DNA of 60,463 bases, the filler included. It is 4 parts of 4 records of this genome, joined end to end, with 100 filler letters (N's around TTAATTAATTAA, not from the genome) between each part and the next. Parts side by side here need not be neighbours in the genome. Positions count along the whole stretch, not along the records: positions 28,566 to 38,568 come from SRR2962707_455; positions 38,669 to 60,463 come from SRR2962707_457; 2 more parts are not named here. One strand, given 5' to 3'. The position numbers and the translations under genes were made by a program. The notes beneath the pieces were generated by a model that was not told where the DNA came from, made no database searches, and worked only from the letters and a program-made list of their open reading frames with translations. Of this stretch, positions 33,888 to 43,863 are shown piece after piece. Numbering within the stretch: the stretch's first letter is position 1; every line of letters begins with the position of its first letter.

Positions 33888-35321
33888 ATGACCATTCCTC
33901 TGACAGACCCCGCACTTATCGACCGCTTTGCAGCCATTACCGGTGCACAGAATGCACTGACCGACGCGTCCGACATCGCACCGCACCTGGTCGAGTTGCG
34001 CGGCCTCTACAAAGGTGAAAGTCCGCTGGTGCTGCGACCGGCAGATACGGAGCAAGTGGCCGACATCCTGCGGCTCGCACACGTGACACATACAGCGGTC
34101 GTGCCGCAGGGCGGCAATACGGGACTTGTCGGCGCACAATCCCCTCGACCAGGCCGAGGCGAGATCGTCTTGTCCCTGTCGCGGCTCAACAAAATCCGCT
34201 CTCTCGACACCGTCGGCCAGACCATGATTGTTGATGCCGGGGTGGTGCTGGAGCGGGCTCAGCAGGCAGCCAGCGAAGCCGGGCTGCTGTTTCCCTTGTC
34301 TCTCGGCTCTCAGGGCTCCTGCCAGATCGGCGGCAATTTGTCTTCGAATGCCGGGGGCACGGGCGTTCTTGCCTATGGCAACATGCGCAATCTTTGTCTC
34401 GGACTTGAAGTCGTGCTGCCGGATGGCGAAATCTGGAACGGCCTGCGCTCACTCAAGAAGGACAATACCGGTTATGACCTGCGTGATCTTTTCATCGGCG
34501 CAGAAGGCACGCTCGGGGTGATTACGGCTGCGGTGTTGAAGCTGTTTCCGGCACCGCACGGGCACGAGACCATATATGCCGGCGTTGACAGTCCGGAGAC
34601 GGCATTGAAGCTGTTCCGGCTGGCGCAGGATTACTGCGGCCCTTCCCTGACCGGTTTCGAGCTGATGCCGCGCATCGGCATCGAGTTTACCACGCGCCAT
34701 ATAGAAGGCGTGCGCGATCCGCTGACCGAACCTCACCCATGGTATGTGCTGATCGACATTTCATCGGGGCAGTCGCAGGACGCCGCGCGCGCGATGCTGG
34801 AGGGGCTTTTCGTCGCCGCCGACGAGAAGGGGCTGATCCGCGATGCAGCCGCGGCAGAAACCGAAGGCCAGCGGCAGGCGTTCTGGACCCTGCGGGAATC
34901 GATGTCCTGGGCGCAAAAGCCGGAAGGCGGCTCGATCAAGCATGATGTGTCGGTTCCGGTGGCGCTGGTGCCGGAATTTCTGGCCACGGCGGACCAGGCG
35001 GTGCTTAAAGCCATGCCCGATGCACGGATCGTCGCCTTCGGGCACATGGGCGATGGCAACATCCACTACAACATATCGCAGCCGGCTGGCGCTGACACGC
35101 AAGCCTTTCTTACCAGATGGGCAGAGATGAACGAGATCGTTCACGCCATTGTCCTGAAACTGAACGGCTCGATTTCAGCCGAGCACGGTATCGGACAACT
35201 CAAGCGGGACGAACTGGCTGCCATCCGCTCCCCTGTGGAAATGGCGATGATGCACCGGATCAAGGACGTTTTCGATCCCAAGGGCATCATGAATCCGGGC
35301 AAGGTAATTGCCTCCCGGTAA
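33888..35321 (+). CDS. FAD-binding oxidoreductase (D-2-hydroxyacid dehydrogenase, GlcD/D2HGDH family)
   Basis: PQGGNTGLVG, IGGNLSSNAGG, LKKDNTGYDL, GHMGDGNIH, SISAEHGIG, MNPGK. Confidence 0.93.
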   Translation: MTIPLTDPALIDRFAAITGAQNALTDASDIAPHLVELRGLYKGESPLVLRPADTEQVADILRLAHVTHTAVVPQGGNTGLVGAQSPRPGRGEIVLSLSRLNKIRSLDTVGQTMIVDAGVVLERAQQAASEAGLLFPLSLGSQGSCQIGGNLSSNAGGTGVLAYGNMRNLCLGLEVVLPDGEIWNGLRSLKKDNTGYDLRDLFIGAEGTLGVITAAVLKLFPAPHGHETIYAGVDSPETALKLFRLAQDYCGPSLTGFELMPRIGIEFTTRHIEGVRDPLTEPHPWYVLIDISSGQSQDAARAMLEGLFVAADEKGLIRDAAAAETEGQRQAFWTLRESMSWAQKPEGGSIKHDVSVPVALVPEFLATADQAVLKAMPDARIVAFGHMGDGNIHYNISQPAGADTQAFLTRWAEMNEIVHAIVLKLNGSISAEHGIGQLKRDELAAIRSPVEMAMMHRIKDVFDPKGIMNPGKVIASR

Positions 35322-35506
35322 CCTTTCCAAAATGCAAATGGGACGGTCGTCTTTCGCTAACCATTTCCAAAACATAGGTTTTCTTAACCCAAAACCTTAA
35401 GCCGACTGGAACGGCCTGTGGGTCATTTTGCTTCCTGTGAGAGGGCGAAAAGCCCCGGATGAGAAGACCGGATAACCGGCTCTCAAGAGTTACAGAGGCG
35501 ATTGAA

Positions 35507-36073
35507 ATGACCAATACCGTATTGAAGCCCGAATGGGCCGATTTCGAATTACGGCTCGACCCAGGCAACTTCCCGCAGCGCTTGTCCTATTCGGTGGGTG
35601 AGGAGCAGGAAAATGTTTCGGTCACGCTCGACGGGCGTGGCGCTGTGGTCAAAAAGGTGCTGTCGAAATCCGGACTTCCATTGTCCATTGCGCTGCCGGC
35701 GCGCGCCTTCAAGGGTGTTGCAGCACGGGCGATCGACCATGGCGACGGGACAGTCACGGTGACACTTGAACTGCACCACACCGACGCAGCACTGTGCGTG
35801 CCGCTGCTTGTGGCGCACAATCTCGATGATATTGCCGCCGACTGGCGTGGCTGGGCTGAACTTTATGACCTGCCGATGCTGATGGTAGAGGCCGACGGAG
35901 TGGCCCGCCCGCTTGACGATGGTTCTGCCGATCAATCAGCAAGCGCACCGACACGCCGGCGGCGGCACAGCCAGATCGCTGATCGGCGGCCACGCTTCCT
36001 GGTACGCCGTTCAACCGGCAAGCTGGGAATTCGCATGAGGATCGAAGGCCGCGAGATCATCGCGCGCAGGTAA
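35507..36073 (+). CDS. Conserved Rhizobiales hypothetical protein (DUF6101-like)
   Basis: RLDP..P, VTLELHH.D..L.VPL, RRPRFLVRR..G, GREIIAR; family name from recall. Confidence 0.65.
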   Translation: MTNTVLKPEWADFELRLDPGNFPQRLSYSVGEEQENVSVTLDGRGAVVKKVLSKSGLPLSIALPARAFKGVAARAIDHGDGTVTVTLELHHTDAALCVPLLVAHNLDDIAADWRGWAELYDLPMLMVEADGVARPLDDGSADQSASAPTRRRRHSQIADRRPRFLVRRSTGKLGIRMRIEGREIIARR

Positions 36074-36103
36074 TTTTATCAGCTAGTTACGCAAGCTGAT
36101 ACC

Positions 36104-36143
36104 GGCCCGGTCACCTGCCCCACACAGGCGACCGGGTCTTTTT
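36104..36143 (+). terminator. Intrinsic terminator between convergent genes
   Basis: ggcccggtcacctg-loop-caggcgaccgggtc followed by a T run; a second small hairpin at 36078-36100. Confidence 0.7.
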
Positions 36144-37116
36144 ATGTCAGGAGAGCTGCGACGAGGCCGAGGAAAACGATCAGGCCGACTTGGCTGTTGG
36201 CCTTGAACAGCGACAGGCATTGATCACCGTCGTCGATGTCGATGACCCGGATCTGCCAGCCGAGCATGGCGACCGCGATCGCAAGTCCGGCGTAGGCGGG
36301 CCAGGCCACGCCGCTCAGCCAGAACGCTGCAAGCGCCATGGCCGCAAACAACCCGTAAAACAGGACAAGCCAGATCTTGGTGTTTTCTGCGAACAGGCGC
36401 GCAGTGGACCGCACGCCCACGAGAGCGTCGTCTTCCTTGTCCTGATGGGCGTAGATGGTGTCATAGCCGATGGTCCAGGCTATGGCGCCGATATAGAGCA
36501 AGACCGGCGGCCATGCCAAATCTCCAAACACGACAGCCCAGCCCATCAGCGCACCCCAGGAGAAAGCCAGCCCAAGGAAGAATTGCGGCCAGTCGGTGAA
36601 GCGCTTGGCGAAGGGATAAATGGCCACCACGCCAAGTGAAGCGATGCCGAGCAGAACGGAGAAACTGTTGAACTGGACCAGCACCAGCAAACCGACGAGG
36701 GCCTGCGCCACGGCGAAGAGCGACGCGGCAAAGCGGGTAATGCGGCCCGAGGGCAGCGGCCGGGAGCGGGTGCGCGCCACCATGTTGTCAATCTTGTAGT
36801 CAACGAGATCATTCCAGGTGCAACCGGCGCCGCGCATGGCGATGGCTCCAGCCATGAACAGGAAGAGATGCCAGAGCATCATTTCCGGCGACCAGACCGT
36901 GCTGATATTGCTTGGCGAGCTTGCGACATTGGCGGCCAGCGCCGAGGCCCAGAAGCACGGCCACATCAACAATTGCCAGCCGATAGGCCTGTCCCAGCGC
37001 GCCAGCTGGGCATGCGGCCACAGCGCACGCGGCAGCACCCGGTAAACCCAGTTGCCCGATGGTGCATCGGCAACGCGGGCATTCTTGTCGTCAGTGGTAT
37101 GGGACCTCTTGCGCAT
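36142..37116 (-). CDS. ubiA: 4-hydroxybenzoate octaprenyltransferase
   Basis: RWDRPIG, MRGAGCTWND, RTRSRPLPSG, YDTIYAHQDKEDD. Confidence 0.96.
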   Translation of the reverse strand: MRKRSHTTDDKNARVADAPSGNWVYRVLPRALWPHAQLARWDRPIGWQLLMWPCFWASALAANVASSPSNISTVWSPEMMLWHLFLFMAGAIAMRGAGCTWNDLVDYKIDNMVARTRSRPLPSGRITRFAASLFAVAQALVGLLVLVQFNSFSVLLGIASLGVVAIYPFAKRFTDWPQFFLGLAFSWGALMGWAVVFGDLAWPPVLLYIGAIAWTIGYDTIYAHQDKEDDALVGVRSTARLFAENTKIWLVLFYGLFAAMALAAFWLSGVAWPAYAGLAIAVAMLGWQIRVIDIDDGDQCLSLFKANSQVGLIVFLGLVAALLT

Positions 37117-37185
37117 GACCCGAGTGTTGCCACCGCCGCGGTGGCAGGTCAAGACGACAGACGGCCAAGCGCTGTTGAGGAGCAG

Positions 37186-37638
37186 TTATGCGCGTGCGGC
37201 TCTTAGCGGTTGTTCGAGGTCGGCGATGAAATCGCAGCTGAAGGCCAGAACCGTTTCCAGGAACAAGCCGCCATCGTCGCCCGCAATCCGGTCAGCCAAT
37301 GCGCTGCGGGATATCTGGAACAGCTTCTTGTCAGCAGCCTTTTCAGCATCGAGCTGCTTGAAACCCATGCTCCACTGGGTGAACAATCGGCTGTCAGCGG
37401 CCTGCTCAAGCACCAGCATGAGATTGCGATGCCGATCATCGGTCTGGATGCGCCGGTACAGGCGGCGAACTGTTTCCGGCTCACCCTCCAGAATCTGAAT
37501 GAACACGCCATCGGCCCACAGCAGCATTCCAGTAACGCCATCACGCAGGTTGTTGCGCCGCGAGACTGTCAGGATTTCCTGGATGCCGGCATCGGTCATC
37601 TGTGTGGACGCACCGCTGACATATAACATTTGCAACAT
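37186..37638 (-). CDS. Stand-alone BLUF blue-light photoreceptor
   Basis: LYVS, SRRNN...VTGML, FIQILEG, I..D.RH, F.QWSMGF; photoactive Tyr, Gln, Trp and Met are retained. Confidence 0.92.
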   Translation of the reverse strand: MLQMLYVSGASTQMTDAGIQEILTVSRRNNLRDGVTGMLLWADGVFIQILEGEPETVRRLYRRIQTDDRHRNLMLVLEQAADSRLFTQWSMGFKQLDAEKAADKKLFQISRSALADRIAGDDGGLFLETVLAFSCDFIADLEQPLRAARA

Positions 37639-37872
37639 GGAACGCACTCCGGCTGTTTTTCATGGCTCGGCATCAGCTCGGCACCGAGGCATTTGCAACA
37701 GTAGCTGTCGAACCATTGCAAAAACTTGAATCGAAGCCCCCAAATTGTTGCCAAATCGCGTTTGCATACCATCAGAGCGGCAAGTCCGCTTGACCATGAG
37801 GCTGTGATTTCCTAACCCGATGCAAACGCGAAGCCGGTTCCCCGGGCAAAGCCCAACCGATGGAGATTGCCG

Positions 37873-38568
37873 ATGTTGAATGTGCTGTTGATCGGTTCGG
37901 GTGGGCGCGAACATGCGCTGGCCTGGAAGATTGCCCAGTCTCCGATGCTCGCGACGCTTTACGCGGCACCGGGCAATCCTGGTGTTGCAGAGCACGCGAC
38001 ACTGAGCGCGCTGGATGTCACCGATCATGAGGCTGTCATTGCGTTTTGCAAGGACAAGGCGATCGATCTGGTTGTGGTCGGGCCAGAAGCGCCGTTGGTG
38101 GCAGGCCTGGCTGACGCGCTGAAGGCGGCGGGGATTGCGGTCTTCGGGCCCTCGGCGGCAGCAGCCCAGCTTGAAGGCTCGAAAGGCTTCACCAAGGATC
38201 TGTGTGCGCGCGAAAACATTCCGACAGGCGCCTATCAGCGGTTCAACAATGCGCCCAAGGCCAAGGCCTATGCGCGGGCGCAGGGCGCGCCGATTGTCAT
38301 CAAGGCTGACGGGCTAGCCGCCGGCAAGGGCGTGACCGTTGCTATGACGCTGGAAGAAGCGCTGGCGGCGATCGAGGATTGCTTCGAGGGCGCATTCGGC
38401 GAGGCCGGCGCTGAAGTGGTGGTCGAGGAATTTCTGCATGGTGAAGAAGCCAGCTTCTTTTGCCTGTGCGATGGCAAGACCGCCCTGCCCTTCGGCACGG
38501 CGCAGGATCACAAGCGGGTTGGCGAGGGCGACACAGGTCCCAACACCGGCGGCATGGGCGCCTATTCG
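37873..38568 (+). CDS. purD: Phosphoribosylamine-glycine ligase, 3' truncated
   Basis: [51 protein letters not shown]. Confidence 0.97.
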
Positions 38569-38668
38569 NNNNNNNNNNNNNNNNNNNNNNNNNNNNNNNN
38601 NNNNNNNNNNNNTTAATTAATTAANNNNNNNNNNNNNNNNNNNNNNNNNNNNNNNNNNNNNNNNNNNN
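38569..38668. other. Artificial contig linker
   Basis: 44 N + TTAATTAATTAA + 44 N. Confidence 0.98.
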
Positions 38669-39716
38669 GTATGATTTCAGTGGCACAAAGGTAGGAAAAT
38701 ATCATAAGTTTTTTACGTGGAGAATTGGTAACAAATTTAAAAGTGAACCATACCACGAACAGAATGACAATAATTGGGAACACAATAAAAAAGCCAGGGC
38801 CAATCCATGACTCCCCAGGGCCATTAATAATGAAGTCGGACACCAATATTAGAAGTATTGGAACAAGTAAAAACGTATTGAAATTTAGAAAATCAAACAG
38901 CTGAAAATTTTTCAGTCCCCTGAATTTAAATAGCTGGGCTACAACAGAGATCACGACCCACTTAGCCAGAAAAAGAAAAAATACGACAATTGAAAGCTGA
39001 AGCCATTGCCAAATAAAACCACCTGTAGTTTCCGGGTTGCCAAAGAGGTAATTGTCAAGTAAAACATCCAGATAGAGTCCTGTGAATGCAATAGAAAGTG
39101 AAAAGAAAGACAACAGATACATACTCTGTGCACTGAAAAAATCAGTATTTATAAATTCATATGCACTCAGCTTAAAAGTGAATGATCTCTGCAGGAGGTA
39201 AGAAATCCTTCCGGGATAATTTGATACAATCACACCGAGAAACCCCACGATCAACAACAGGCTTAAGATCACAAATTCATTAAACTCATTTCTGATTTCC
39301 CTTGGCAAAGCCACCTCCTCACGAACCACGTGTAATTCTTCAAAAATTACCAATTCACATTCTAAATCTGCCAGTGAATTTTTGGTACTGAATGAGACAT
39401 AAAGTGTATCGCTTCTCTTCTTTGAAAAAAGTACTTCCGGGTTATAATAACTGCATCCCCTAAAGGTGTCGAACAACCTTCCATCTACCCACATGAAGAG
39501 CTCCTCAGGATGACATATTCTTACCGTGCCTTCAGGCATTCCGTTAATAAAAAAACCCACTTGTTGCTCATTATCCAGCGAGGTGATCGGGTAAACCTCA
39601 CCATCCGGATTTGTTGCTATCATCACCTTAGTGTAGTCAACCACCACGATTGTATCCTGTTGTGCGACACTGAAGCCAACGAATAGCAGACATGCTATGA
39701 TGAGTAATGTTTTCAT
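38669..39716 (-). CDS. Membrane protein, DUF4271-like, with N-terminal exported domain; 3' truncated
   Basis: Signal peptide, several TM helices, C-terminal FSYLCATEI motif. Confidence 0.75.
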
Positions 39717-41327
39717 TTAGAATCGTGAAATGTATCCAAAGTGGGCTTTCATGGTTGAGAATGAAATCGATTGATTTTCTGAGTTTCCTACAGCAAGCGC
39801 AAAAGTAAATTGACCAGCCGAAGTTGCAAGCGCAAAACCCAGCCCTACACCAAATGGATAGTCTCTGAGATCACGTCTTTGATAAATAAGTTGATCATAA
39901 AAAACATATGCATAGCTCCTCTCCTCAAAAAATGACCTAAACTCCAAGCGGCTCGAAAAATAGTGCCTGGCAAAAATGGCCTTTTCATTAAAGCCTCTTA
40001 ACGTAGTTAGGCCTCCTACCCGATAAAGCTCATTTTGCAGCAATTGATCATTTTCAATTGATCCAGCTGCAAGGTGATGAAAAAACGCTTGTCTTTTGAA
40101 TGTTTTTAATTGATAAGCAAACACTCCCTCGAATTGATAAAAATTGGTATTAGCCTGTATGGTATCATAATATGCGTCAGGCACATCCAGATTTCGATCT
40201 ACAGATTTTCTTCCAGCTCCACCCGAGGCTGCCCAAACCACTCCATCAGTCAGACGGCCCAGATTAATCAAATTTCCCTGCGAGAGTCGCAAGCTGTAAA
40301 GTGATCGGGTAAATCCCGCCAGCCCGGTACCTTCTAAAAATTGAATATCTGTTGAGAGCAATGTCCCCTTCGTCTGCTCGTACTCCAAAAACAATTCGAC
40401 CCGAGGTGCTATATAAGTATACACACCGAGCCCAAACTGGCGAGTGAGAAATGTAGTATCCTGTTTCAGTAGATCAAACCGAAAGGACGGTGAAATCCTG
40501 GAATCTAAAAGAAAAGGATGCTTGTAAAGAATATTCAATCGCTGTGATTCCTCCGAGAATCGCTCCCACGAGAACCTAAACTGCTTCCCGGAACTAAACA
40601 GGTTTTGAATATCGAGCTCGATATTCCCCACTAAGGTTGAGGATTGACTGCCATTTTGCTGAAGTCCTAGAACACCTTGAAAGGTATTGGCTGCCTCCTC
40701 TTTAAGATCCAAAAAAACTTTCGCCTTCTTATTTCTAAAAGATAAATCTGTTGGGCGCTGAATACTCAGAAAGGAAGACCGCTCGATTTTTTTTCTGATC
40801 TGAGTATATGATCGCTCACTGAACTTGTCGCCCGGCACAATATCCAGTAGCTGATAGACATAGCTATGATTTGTTTTGACCGGACTGAAGAAATATGCAG
40901 AATCATATGCGATCTCAGGACCGGATTTTATTTGCAGCTTTCCAGATAAAACTTCTCCATTTAAGCTCAAAGAATCCAACGATATCGAAGCGAATGGATA
41001 TCCACTGTTTGAGTAATTATCAAGCTCTCTCTCCAGTTGCTTAGCAAGCTTCTTTCCTTTATATACATCCAGATTCACTTTGAGAGGCTCTCCTTTGTGA
41101 AGATAAATGTGAGAGTGACCATTGCTTTTAAGGGAATCAATTCCTGAGAAATAATATCCTTTATTGATCCATTCAAGTTGCAACCTCTCAATATAGTTGG
41201 TGAGCTGAATCGTATCTGCGAACGTGCGACTATTCAGTAATTCTCCGTCCACAAAAACCTGAGATTTTATCTGCGCATGAGAAGCGCTGGCGTACACAAA
41301 AACCAACAGAATTAGAATTCTTTGCAT
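39717..41327 (-). CDS. Omp85 (BamA/TamA-like) outer membrane protein
   Basis: Signal peptide, POTRA-like GYPFA, YRVGG..TLRGF loop motif, terminal aromatic residue (YISRF). Confidence 0.85.
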   Translation of the reverse strand: MQRILILLVFVYASASHAQIKSQVFVDGELLNSRTFADTIQLTNYIERLQLEWINKGYYFSGIDSLKSNGHSHIYLHKGEPLKVNLDVYKGKKLAKQLERELDNYSNSGYPFASISLDSLSLNGEVLSGKLQIKSGPEIAYDSAYFFSPVKTNHSYVYQLLDIVPGDKFSERSYTQIRKKIERSSFLSIQRPTDLSFRNKKAKVFLDLKEEAANTFQGVLGLQQNGSQSSTLVGNIELDIQNLFSSGKQFRFSWERFSEESQRLNILYKHPFLLDSRISPSFRFDLLKQDTTFLTRQFGLGVYTYIAPRVELFLEYEQTKGTLLSTDIQFLEGTGLAGFTRSLYSLRLSQGNLINLGRLTDGVVWAASGGAGRKSVDRNLDVPDAYYDTIQANTNFYQFEGVFAYQLKTFKRQAFFHHLAAGSIENDQLLQNELYRVGGLTTLRGFNEKAIFARHYFSSRLEFRSFFEERSYAYVFYDQLIYQRRDLRDYPFGVGLGFALATSAGQFTFALAVGNSENQSISFSTMKAHFGYISRF

Positions 41328-41352
41328 CGGTCTTTGCAATTTAGCCCAAATC

Positions 41353-42486
41353 ATGGCTGGCATCTATATCCATATCCCATTTTGCAGGCAGGCATGCCAC
41401 TATTGTGACTTTCACTTCAGCACCAACCTGAGCAGGCAGGATGAAATGGTGGATGCCATAGCTAAGGAAATGATCAGTAGAAAAGATTACCTGCATGATG
41501 AAATAGCCACAATTTATTTTGGTGGGGGCACGCCTTCATTATTATCAGGACCACAACTCGAAAAACTACTGAAGGCTATTCATCAAAACTTCACTGTGTC
41601 AAGCACAGCAGAGGTTACTTTAGAAGCTAATCCGGAAGATCTGACAAAAGCGCACTCAGAAGCATTATATAAACACGGGATCAATCGGTTGAGCATCGGC
41701 ATCCAGACGTTTGATGAACAGAAGCTTCAGTGGATGAATCGGATTCACTCATCGGAAGAGGCGGTTAAAGCTTTCAGAAATGCAAGATCGGCAGGATTTG
41801 AAAATATTTCGCTCGATTTGATTTACGCCATTCCCGATCACGATCAAAACGCCTGGGAAAAAGACCTTAAGGCCATCACTTCTCTTGATCCCGAACATAT
41901 CTCTCTTTACGGGTTGACCATTGAAGAAAAAACGGTTTTTGGGAAATGGGAACGTGAGAACAAACTTATCCAGCTGCCGGAGGATGCTGCTGCTGAGCAA
42001 TACCTATTCGCTATTGATTTTTTGACTGCCAATGGATATCTCCAGTATGAGGTCTCTAATTTCGGAAAAAAAGGGTTTCACTCACGTCACAATCATTCCT
42101 ACTGGGCCGGCACCCCATATCTGGGAGTTGGTCCCGGAGCACATTCCTTTGACGGAAAAAATACAAGAAGCTTTAATGTCCAGAACAATGCCAAATACCT
42201 GAAGGCAATTAACGAGAATCTGGAATATTCAGAACATGAGGAGCTCTCTGATATTCAGCGGATCAATGAGCGAATTCTTACCGAGCTTCGAACATCCGGA
42301 GGAGTAAATCTGAAAAAGATTGAGTCACTGTCCGGCAGGCGGATTGAGGATTTACATGCGACCTTCCTCCAGGAAATCCGTAAAAAAAACATGATAGAAA
42401 TGACCGATGATTTTCTGCGACTGAAGCCACATGGGTTTTTGGTGGCTGATGAAATTGCTTTACGACTGTTTTTCCCTGAAGAGTAA
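41353..42486 (+). CDS. hemW: Radical SAM heme chaperone HemW
   Basis: YIHIPFCRQACHYCDF, YFGGGTPS, YEVSNF, HN.SYW, Y.G.GPGAHS. Confidence 0.93.
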   Translation: MAGIYIHIPFCRQACHYCDFHFSTNLSRQDEMVDAIAKEMISRKDYLHDEIATIYFGGGTPSLLSGPQLEKLLKAIHQNFTVSSTAEVTLEANPEDLTKAHSEALYKHGINRLSIGIQTFDEQKLQWMNRIHSSEEAVKAFRNARSAGFENISLDLIYAIPDHDQNAWEKDLKAITSLDPEHISLYGLTIEEKTVFGKWERENKLIQLPEDAAAEQYLFAIDFLTANGYLQYEVSNFGKKGFHSRHNHSYWAGTPYLGVGPGAHSFDGKNTRSFNVQNNAKYLKAINENLEYSEHEELSDIQRINERILTELRTSGGVNLKKIESLSGRRIEDLHATFLQEIRKKNMIEMTDDFLRLKPHGFLVADEIALRLFFPEE

Positions 42487-42545
42487 TCTTCACTGTATAA
42501 ATTGCTTAGGGATAATCGGCGATAAGCTCTACTTTTGAACTTCAA

Positions 42546-42911
42546 ATGGACGTAACAACAAAAAAGGCTCTTTTACTCTTAAAATCCCTGATCTTCCACT
42601 ACCACGGGCTGGATGATGAGGAGCGTGAAATGCTGGAGAAGTCGGCTAATCAAATGCAGGCGCACGACGAGATGGAGTGGGCCAATAAGTTCATTGCCGA
42701 AGACTACCTTTCTGCCTTTGAGCGCTCACGGGAATTCCTTTCCAAAATCTTTACGAAGATGAGTGAAGCAGACCGCATCAAATACCTGATGGAGGTATGG
42801 GAAGAGACTCACAAAAAGGGATACGTGACCGAAATGGAAACCACCGCGATTCTGACGCTATCCAAAGACTGGCACGTAGAAAAAGCGTTTCTTGAAGAGG
42901 TGAAGGATTAA
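42546..42911 (+). CDS. Hypothetical helical protein (possibly TerB-like fold)
   Basis: 121-aa ORF with coding-like composition; HGLDDEE and GYVTEME resemble paired TerB motifs (weak). Confidence 0.6.
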   Translation: MDVTTKKALLLLKSLIFHYHGLDDEEREMLEKSANQMQAHDEMEWANKFIAEDYLSAFERSREFLSKIFTKMSEADRIKYLMEVWEETHKKGYVTEMETTAILTLSKDWHVEKAFLEEVKD

Positions 42912-42937
42912 ATTCTACAATTTTTTAGAGTTGATAC

Positions 42938-42997
42938 AGCTATTCCGAATTTGTAATTCGGAAACCATTGATTCGGGATTTCAAATCCCGAATAGCT
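42938..42997. repeat. REP-like double hairpin
   Basis: agcta-TTCCGAATTTGTAATTCGGAA...TTCGGGATTTCAAATCCCGAA-tagct. Confidence 0.75.
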
Positions 42998-43001
42998 AGG
43001 C

Positions 43002-43043
43002 TGGCATGTAGAGAAAGCATTTTTGGAAGAAGTGAAGGATTAA
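43002..43043 (+). repeat. Duplicate of the last 14 codons of the 42546-42911 gene
   Basis: Same peptide WHVEKAFLEEVKD* as 42870-42911, with 6 nucleotide differences, all synonymous. Confidence 0.9.
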
Positions 43044-43750
43044 AGGCTCATCATCTCCCGAAACCGTGCCGACTGCCTTCGGCTTACTTCGATTTTTTCG
43101 CCTCCTTTTAGCTGCACCAATAGTCCGCCGTTAAACCAGGTGTCAATAGACTCTACCCAGCCAAGGTTAATAATGTGTTTTCTGCTCGCACGAAAAAAGT
43201 GACGATCGTCCAATCGCTCATCAAGCGCATTCAACGATTTATGAATCATCGGTTTGAATTTGTCAAAATAAACCTTGATGTAATTGCCATCCGATTCAAA
43301 CAAGCGCACATCTTCCAGCTTCACAAACCAGCACTTGTCCCCGTCCTTCACGAAGACCTGATCCTTGCTGCTCAGCTTTTGTTGCTTTGCGGGCTTATCA
43401 GTCGATTTGATAGTTACCTTATTTAAGCTCTCCGTCAGTCTTTCCGGCTGTATGGGTTTGAGTAAATAATCAAGTGCGTTGTATTCAAACGCCTTTAGTG
43501 CAAACTCATCGTAGGCTGTAGTGAAGATGACCTGAGGCACACGCTCCATCCCTTCCAGCATCTCAAATCCCGTTTTACCGGGCATCTGAATATCCAAAAA
43601 GACCACATCTGGATTGTGCTTTTCTATTTTTTCCACTGCCTCATCCGGGTTAGCGGCTTCATCTACCACTTCTATTTCAGGGTGGTTACTCAAAAGTGAG
43701 ATCAGTTCTTTTCGCGCTAAACGCTCATCATCTACAATTATCGCTTTCAT
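43040..43750 (-). CDS. LytTR family response regulator
   Basis: IVDDE, FLDIQMP, FTTAYD, DYLLKP, FFR.SRKHIINL, VSRR. Confidence 0.95.
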   Translation of the reverse strand: MKAIIVDDERLARKELISLLSNHPEIEVVDEAANPDEAVEKIEKHNPDVVFLDIQMPGKTGFEMLEGMERVPQVIFTTAYDEFALKAFEYNALDYLLKPIQPERLTESLNKVTIKSTDKPAKQQKLSSKDQVFVKDGDKCWFVKLEDVRLFESDGNYIKVYFDKFKPMIHKSLNALDERLDDRHFFRASRKHIINLGWVESIDTWFNGGLLVQLKGGEKIEVSRRQSARFREMMSL

Positions 43751-43863
43751 GTAAATATTAGTCTTTTCAAAGGCCACATGGAATTCGCATAACTCTGATT
43801 GTAGCTAAGAAGCTGTAATGCCTAATTACGCTCATTTCATTCTGGTAGGTTAAATTACTTAAT

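Noticed and set aside
35355-35402. CtrA site upstream of the DUF6101-like gene
   Set aside because: TTAA-N9-TTAA spacing does not match TTAA-N7-TTAA; half-sites only, too weak.
42870-43043. DGR template/variable repeat pair or CRISPR array
   Set aside because: Only two 42-nt copies, differences are synonymous rather than adenine-specific, and there is no reverse transcriptase or cas gene. No CRISPR array, tRNA or rRNA was recognised in the window.
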